DNA of 64,000 nucleotides from an uncultured Niastella sp. (GTDB lineage Bacteria; Bacteroidota; Bacteroidia; Chitinophagales; Chitinophagaceae): NCBI GenBank assembly GCA_966212235.1, contig CBIHPP010000002.1, positions 291,499 to 355,498 of the forward strand, read 5' to 3'. Shown piece by piece: positions 58,185 to 64,000 of this stretch (position 1 is its first letter; each line of letters starts with the position of its first letter). The notes under the pieces were generated by a model. It saw only the letters and a program-made list of their open reading frames with translations, ran no database searches and was not told where the DNA came from. The position numbers and the translations under genes were made by a program.

Positions 58185-61100
58185 ATGACAGATTTTGTAT
58201 CTGGCAAAGCTGCTATTGCCGGGTGTAAGCCTGGGCAATTACAACTGAAATGGGAATTGACAAAAACATTGCGGATCATGAAGTTAGCTGCTGTTTTATT
58301 ATTTGCTGCTGCGATGCATGTTTCGGCGAAGGGAGTAACCCAGGATAAGATTACCCTTTCCCTGAAGAATGCACCCCTGGAAAAGGTATTTGACCAGATT
58401 GAAGCACAATCGGGGTTTGTGTTCATTTACAAGGACGAAACCGTGAAAGACAAGCGGGTCACTATACAGGTTTCCAATGCAACCCTTTCGGAAGCATTGG
58501 ACATTTGTTTGAAGGACCAGGCATTGACTTATAAGATAGTTGGGAAAAGCGTAGCTATTAAAACAAACAGAAAAGATGCAGAACTTACCATTGGAGAAGT
58601 ATCAGCCGGCCCGCCTTTAATTGATGTAAAAGGGCGGGTTTTGAATGAAAAAGGGGAACCGGTAGAAGGAGTGACTGTAAGGGTTAAAGGAACGGAGAAA
58701 ATGGCTTTGACGGATAAGAATGGGGAGTTTTCGTTGGTGACGGTGGAACGGGATGCGATGCTGATCTTCACGCATATTACCATGGAGACATTTCAATTGA
58801 AAGTGAGTGGGCAGCAGGAGTTGTTGATTAATTTGAAAACGAAGGTGTCTTCTTTGGGGGAAGTAACAGTTACCGTAAACACAGGGTATCAGCAGGTGAG
58901 CAAGGAGAGGTTTGTTGGGTCGGTGGCAACGTTGGATAGTGCGGCGTTTCATAGGAGGGCGGGGATGAATATTATTGACAGGTTGGATGGAACAGTGACG
59001 GGTATGTTATTTGATAAAAAGTCAGGCTTTACTGAACAGTTGCAAAATGTTCAAATAAGGGGCGTAAGCACGTTAGAGAATGCTAATAAACAACCGCTTA
59101 TTATTGTTGATAATTTTCCATTCAGACAAAATTTGGATGCCATCAATCCAAACGATATAGAAAATATTACTGTATTAAAGGATGCTGCAGCTAATTCTAT
59201 CTGGGGAGCTCAGGCCGGAAATGGGGTGATTGTGATTACAACAAAAAAGGGCAAGTACAATCAGCCCGTGCATCTATCAATGAGTTCCAACATTACTATC
59301 AATGAAAAGCCAGATTTATATTATTATCCACAGATAAGTACCTCTGATATTGTAGATATAGAACACCAGCTTTTCAAAAATGGGAGGTATGATGGAGATT
59401 TAACTAATAAAAGTACCTGGCCAATTATATCTCCTGTAGTTGAAGTGTTGGATCAAAGAAGGTCAGGAATGATATCTGCCGAAGATTCATCGGCACAGAT
59501 AGATGCCTTCAAACAAAGGGATATAAGACGGGACCTGAATAAATATGTATATCGACCTGCCATTTTACAGCAGCATTATATTAATGTAACTGGAGGAACC
59601 AATTTATTTAATTACAATTTTTCAGGGGGGTATAACCGAAATCTGAATAATATTCAGAAGAGTAAACCTGATGATCAATTTACGATTACTTCCAATGCAG
59701 GATTTCGTCCCATCAAGAAGCTGGAAATTACAACAGGTATTAGCTATACTCAGGGAATAAAGAAAAGCACTAATTTTTCATTACCCAGTAAAGCTGTTCC
59801 ATATACCCAACTGGCCGATGCAGAAGGCAATCCGCTGGCAATTGCCGAATCAAGAAGATTGGGGTATGTAGATACAGTTGGGGGCGGGGCATTACTTGAT
59901 TGGCGATATCGTCCTTTAGAAGAAATTGCATTGGCGGACAGTAAAGAGGTAAGCAGGTTTATAGGATTAAGCATGGGCATTTCATATCGCTTCAATAGCT
60001 GGCTGAATATAACTGGCATGTACCAGTACAATAATCAGTCTTTCAATAAAAATGACTTTCATAGCGTTAAATCTTATTTTGTACGTAACCTTATTAATCA
60101 GTATACCAATCTGTCACAAAGCAATTCTGATCTTCGAAATCCAATTCCTGCCGGCGGCATTTTAGATATATATAATAATGAATCAATAAGCACAAATGCC
60201 CGTGGACAAATTAACTTCAATAAAACATTTAGCGGTAAACATCTGGTCACTTCGATGATTGTTACAGAAGTTTCAGAGACCAAATCATCTGGTAACACTA
60301 ATCGGTTTTTTGGTTATAATAAAGAAACTGGCGCTTATAAGTCTACCATTGATTATGTTTCTTATTTTCCGATGTACGGAGGCTTGTCAGGGAACCAGCA
60401 AATAGCAAACTTAGGTAAAGTCATTCCTGCTCAAACAAACAGGTTTGTATCCTTTCTTGGTAATATGTCTTATACATATGACGGTCGTTACTCTTTTTAT
60501 GCCAGCGCCAGGAAAGATGGTTCCAATTTTTTTGGAGTTAATACAAATAGAAGATGGAAACCTTTATGGTCAACAGGTGCTAGTTGGGATATATCAAAAG
60601 AGAATTTCTATAATATCAAATGGATGTCTTCCCTTCGTTTTCGGGCTTCCTACGGCTTTAGCGGTAATCCCGGTAATGTTACCGGTTTGCCAACTATGAC
60701 TTATTATGCTGGAGTGGATCAGCTGACGGGTTTAACATTTGCACTACTTAATAATGCACCAAATCCAGACCTTAAATGGGAAAATGTAAGAATTATTAAT
60801 ACTGCATTTGATTTTAGTTTGTTTAAAAACAGAGTAACCGGTAGTTTAGATGTTTATCAAAAAAAGGTTACCGATCTTATTTCTGTAGTCGGATATCCGC
60901 CTTCCTCCGGAGTGCTCAGTCTTATTACGAACGTTGCGAGTCTGAAAGGAAATGGTTTTGAGATAAACCTGTCTTCAAAAAACATTACTGGCGTTTTCAA
61001 TTGGCAAACAAATTTTGGACTAAGCCATGCCAGGATGATGGTATCCAGTATAGCTTCACTTAGCAATGCCAATTATAATAAGGCACAGGACCTTGTAAAT

Positions 61101-61772
61101 TACTCATTAAATGCAGCTAATGGAAGGATTGTATATGGATTAGCCAGTTATAAATGGGGTGGTCTTGATCCTGTAACAGGTGATCCCAGGGGATATCTGA
61201 AAAAACAACTTTCGACTAATTATAATTCTATTTTTAATGATAGCCTTGATCAGCAGGTTTTTCATGGTTCTTCTATTCCTCTTTACTCAGGTTTTATTGG
61301 AAATACTTTTAGTTGGAAGAAGTTTACATTGTCTGCTAATATTACTTATCGCCTGAACTTTTATTTCCGGAAACCTACAATCAGTTATAATACATTAGTC
61401 CAAAGTTTAAATGGTCATGCCGACTATTACAAGAGATGGCAAAAGCCCGGAGATGAACAGTTTACCAATGTACCTTCTTTTGTATACCCCGTTAATACAG
61501 ATCGGGAGATATTTTATCAGAACTCAGAAATTAATGTTCTGAGAGGAGATAATATACGACTACAGGATATTAGAATGCAATATGCCTGGAATAACAAAAT
61601 AGCGCCTATGTTTCCTATAAAAAGGGCAAGTGTCTTTCTGTATGTGAATAATTTGAATTGTATTCTTTGGCGAAAAAATGATTTTAACCTGGACCCAGAT
61701 TTTGTTGGTGGCGGAAATGCTATGACACCCACACCTGTGAGCTGGACCGCAGGACTAAGTCTGGATTTATAA
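58185..61772 (+). CDS. SusC/RagA TonB-dependent transporter with STN extension
   Basis: ITLSLKNAPLEKVFDQIE (STN); INPNDIENITVLKDAAANSIWG...NGVIVITTKKG; NPDLKWEN. Confidence 0.95.
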   Translation: MTDFVSGKAAIAGCKPGQLQLKWELTKTLRIMKLAAVLLFAAAMHVSAKGVTQDKITLSLKNAPLEKVFDQIEAQSGFVFIYKDETVKDKRVTIQVSNATLSEALDICLKDQALTYKIVGKSVAIKTNRKDAELTIGEVSAGPPLIDVKGRVLNEKGEPVEGVTVRVKGTEKMALTDKNGEFSLVTVERDAMLIFTHITMETFQLKVSGQQELLINLKTKVSSLGEVTVTVNTGYQQVSKERFVGSVATLDSAAFHRRAGMNIIDRLDGTVTGMLFDKKSGFTEQLQNVQIRGVSTLENANKQPLIIVDNFPFRQNLDAINPNDIENITVLKDAAANSIWGAQAGNGVIVITTKKGKYNQPVHLSMSSNITINEKPDLYYYPQISTSDIVDIEHQLFKNGRYDGDLTNKSTWPIISPVVEVLDQRRSGMISAEDSSAQIDAFKQRDIRRDLNKYVYRPAILQQHYINVTGGTNLFNYNFSGGYNRNLNNIQKSKPDDQFTITSNAGFRPIKKLEITTGISYTQGIKKSTNFSLPSKAVPYTQLADAEGNPLAIAESRRLGYVDTVGGGALLDWRYRPLEEIALADSKEVSRFIGLSMGISYRFNSWLNITGMYQYNNQSFNKNDFHSVKSYFVRNLINQYTNLSQSNSDLRNPIPAGGILDIYNNESISTNARGQINFNKTFSGKHLVTSMIVTEVSETKSSGNTNRFFGYNKETGAYKSTIDYVSYFPMYGGLSGNQQIANLGKVIPAQTNRFVSFLGNMSYTYDGRYSFYASARKDGSNFFGVNTNRRWKPLWSTGASWDISKENFYNIKWMSSLRFRASYGFSGNPGNVTGLPTMTYYAGVDQLTGLTFALLNNAPNPDLKWENVRIINTAFDFSLFKNRVTGSLDVYQKKVTDLISVVGYPPSSGVLSLITNVASLKGNGFEINLSSKNITGVFNWQTNFGLSHARMMVSSIASLSNANYNKAQDLVNYSLNAANGRIVYGLASYKWGGLDPVTGDPRGYLKKQLSTNYNSIFNDSLDQQVFHGSSIPLYSGFIGNTFSWKKFTLSANITYRLNFYFRKPTISYNTLVQSLNGHADYYKRWQKPGDEQFTNVPSFVYPVNTDREIFYQNSEINVLRGDNIRLQDIRMQYAWNNKIAPMFPIKRASVFLYVNNLNCILWRKNDFNLDPDFVGGGNAMTPTPVSWTAGLSLDL

Positions 61773-61831
61773 TAGAGGAGAGAAAATACAGAAATAAGTA
61801 GCGGGTTATGTAAACAATCAACAAAAGTAGC

Positions 61832-63214
61832 ATGCAACAAAATAAAAATATTACAAGCCTGGTAAAGATATTCTTAAGTATATCTTTGATATTTTTTAGT
61901 CAGACTTCCTGTAAAAAATATCTCGATGAAAAGCGATCACAAGATCAGACTGTACCATCAAGCTTAACCGATTTACAAGCATTAATGGACAATACAAATA
62001 TTAACAATTCCTCACCCGCCTATCTGGAATTTGTAGCAGATAATTATTATTTAACAAGTTCTTCATGGACCGGGTCACAGAGTATAGAAGATCGTGCCAG
62101 TTATATTTGGGATAAAGAAGCAAAAGTATACAGTAATGTTTGGGTTTATCCTTACGAGGCTATTTATTATTCCAATCTGGTACTGGAATACCTGCCGAAA
62201 ATAGAAACTACGCAATCTGAAAAAAATAGTTATAATAACGTCAAAGGTACAGCTCTCTTTTACCGGTCTTTTATGTTTCATCAATTGGCGCAACTTTTTT
62301 GTAATCCTTATTCTTCGTCTGCCAGTAATGACCTGGGGATAGTTTTACGCACGGTTTCTGCTGTTGGATACAAATCTACAAGAGCTACTGTTCAACAAAC
62401 ATATGATTTGGTAATAGAAGATTTAAAAACTGCTGCAGAGCTTTTGCCTGTTACCAATTTAGTGGTAACCCGGCCCAATAAAGCTGCCGCATATGGTTTG
62501 CTTGCACGTGTATATCTTTCCATACGTGATTATGTAAATGCAAACATTTATGCTGAAGCAGCTTTGGCTCTGAATAATAAATTGTTGGATTATAATTCTT
62601 TGACCCCTGCTAATCAACCTAATTTACCTGTTTTTAAGAGTAATCCGGAGATTCTGTTTTTAAGCTATCAGGTCCACGGCCCCACCAGTCTGCTTGGTCC
62701 TACTCATTGTAAAATCGACTCTACGCTTTACCAGTCTTATCAGGCGAATGATCTGAGAAAAAAAGTTTTTTTTCGTTCTAATGGAAATACTTATTACTGG
62801 TGGGGAGGTTATTTTACTATTTCACCTGAACTGGTATTTGACGGTATTGCTACTGATGAAATATACCTTATACGAGCTGAGTGTAGAGCAAGGGCAGGGA
62901 GTAAGGATGCTGCTATGAACGATCTCAACACGGTGTTGCGTAATCGTTGGGTGGTTAATACGTATACTGATCTTACAGCCGCTACTCCTGATGAAGCGTT
63001 AAATCAAGTGCTTATTGAAAGAAGAAAAGAGTTGCTTTTCAGGGGACTCCGCTGGAGCGATCTGCGCCGGTTTAATTTGGAAGGCGCCAATATTACTTTA
63101 AAGAGGATTATCAATGGCACTACTTATACGCTTCCGCCTAATGATTCAAGATGGACGTTATTGATCCCTGATTTGGAAATTAACCGATCGGGCATTCCCC
63201 AAAATCCTAGATGA
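61832..63214 (+). CDS. RagB/SusD family lipoprotein
   Basis: Lipobox QTSC; RPNKAAAYGLLARVYL; ERRKELLFRGLRWSDLRR. Confidence 0.94.
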   Translation: MQQNKNITSLVKIFLSISLIFFSQTSCKKYLDEKRSQDQTVPSSLTDLQALMDNTNINNSSPAYLEFVADNYYLTSSSWTGSQSIEDRASYIWDKEAKVYSNVWVYPYEAIYYSNLVLEYLPKIETTQSEKNSYNNVKGTALFYRSFMFHQLAQLFCNPYSSSASNDLGIVLRTVSAVGYKSTRATVQQTYDLVIEDLKTAAELLPVTNLVVTRPNKAAAYGLLARVYLSIRDYVNANIYAEAALALNNKLLDYNSLTPANQPNLPVFKSNPEILFLSYQVHGPTSLLGPTHCKIDSTLYQSYQANDLRKKVFFRSNGNTYYWWGGYFTISPELVFDGIATDEIYLIRAECRARAGSKDAAMNDLNTVLRNRWVVNTYTDLTAATPDEALNQVLIERRKELLFRGLRWSDLRRFNLEGANITLKRIINGTTYTLPPNDSRWTLLIPDLEINRSGIPQNPR

Positions 63215-63247
63215 GATCGAAGTTTTAATTAATCAAATCACTGCTTA

Positions 63248-64000
63248 ATGAGAAATTCAAAATTTTTAATAACGATCATATACTTAACCTATAATGTTTG
63301 CTGCTTTAGCCAGCAACCTTTTACGGGGGGGAATATAGTTGTATACCGTGTAGGCAATGGAAGTGCTGCATTGACTACAGCAGCAGCGGCTGTATACCTG
63401 GATGAATATACCGCAGATGGCAGTCTTGTTCAGTCAATTGCAATGCCTACCGCCATCAGCGGAACCAATAACATTTTAACAGCGCGTGGACTTGGCGGTG
63501 GACGATTTGAAGGGATGATGAATTTATCAGTCGATGGAAAGTATCTGGTGGTTCCGGGCATTAATACGGCGCCTGGTGGAACAGGATCAACGGCGGCCGT
63601 AATAGGGCTGGTGGACTTTAATGGAAAGGTGAATACAACTACAGCCGTTACAGATTTTGTAGAAAATGCCAATATCCCTCTTTCTGCCATATCAGATGAT
63701 GGCAATCGCTTATGGTTTAGCGGCTTTGGCGCTATCCGGTACGCAACAGTTGGAGGCACCACCTCTGTGCTGGTGAACAACAGTTCCAGTACGCAGTATG
63801 ATCTTACAATAGCAGATGGCCAGTTATATACATCAAGCACGATAGCGCCATGGTCTGTTTATAAGATTGGGAATGGGTTGCCTGTTACTGCGGGTCAAAG
63901 CCTCAGTGTATTACCTGGATTACCGACAACACTGAGTCCGATACAATTTGAATTTGCGGATCTGGACCCGAATGTTACAGGAGCTGATGTGTTATATATT
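63248..64000 (+). CDS. Secreted protein, 3' end outside the window (missing from the ORF track)
   Basis: Read by hand: MRNSKFLITIIYLTYNVCCFSQQPFTGGNIVVYRVGNGSAALTTAAAAVYLDEY..., open to the window end. Confidence 0.85.
   Translation, partial: MRNSKFLITIIYLTYNVCCFSQQPFTGGNIVVYRVGNGSAALTTAAAAVYLDEYTADGSLVQSIAMPTAISGTNNILTARGLGGGRFEGMMNLSVDGKYLVVPGINTAPGGTGSTAAVIGLVDFNGKVNTTTAVTDFVENANIPLSAISDDGNRLWFSGFGAIRYATVGGTTSVLVNNSSSTQYDLTIADGQLYTSSTIAPWSVYKIGNGLPVTAGQSLSVLPGLPTTLSPIQFEFADLDPNVTGADVLYI

Noticed and set aside
1-64000. rRNA, tRNA, IS/transposase, integrase
   Set aside because: None recognised by eye; tRNAscan-SE, cmscan and ISEScan would be needed to exclude them formally

Overview
Bacteroidetes DNA, most likely Chitinophagaceae (Niastella-like). 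This is inferred from SusC/SusD loci, type A and type B T9SS cargo, FecR/ECF pairs and TAnnTTTG promoter boxes. Gene order: sulfatase + FGE, GH92 + LacI, PAS histidine kinase, YtxH and holin-like genes, two Cys-rich DUF6520-like microproteins around a MauE/DoxX gene, a convergent ECF-FecR-SusC-SusD locus, MBL hydrolase, MOSC, PorP/SprF + PKD CTD-B cargo, an LVIVD lipoprotein operon, ybbP-ybbA/tesA, an operon of three tail-collar paralogues + signal-less PBP + T9SS cargo + Tat-like protein, sufBCDSE-sufT-Rrf2, an E/K repeat lipoprotein, a papain-like protease + domain paralogue + chagasin module, a non-coding zone of 11-bp-phased inverted arrays next to a small basic ORF, and a second sigma-FecR-sigma-SusC-SusD locus with a gene running off the end. 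I saw no rRNA, tRNA, CRISPR array, integrase or transposase. Best candidates for undescribed systems: the tail-collar operon, the protease/paralogue/inhibitor module, the DUF6520-MauE-SusCD neighbourhood, and the phased repeat arrays. All family calls come from motif recognition by eye; no database searches were run.
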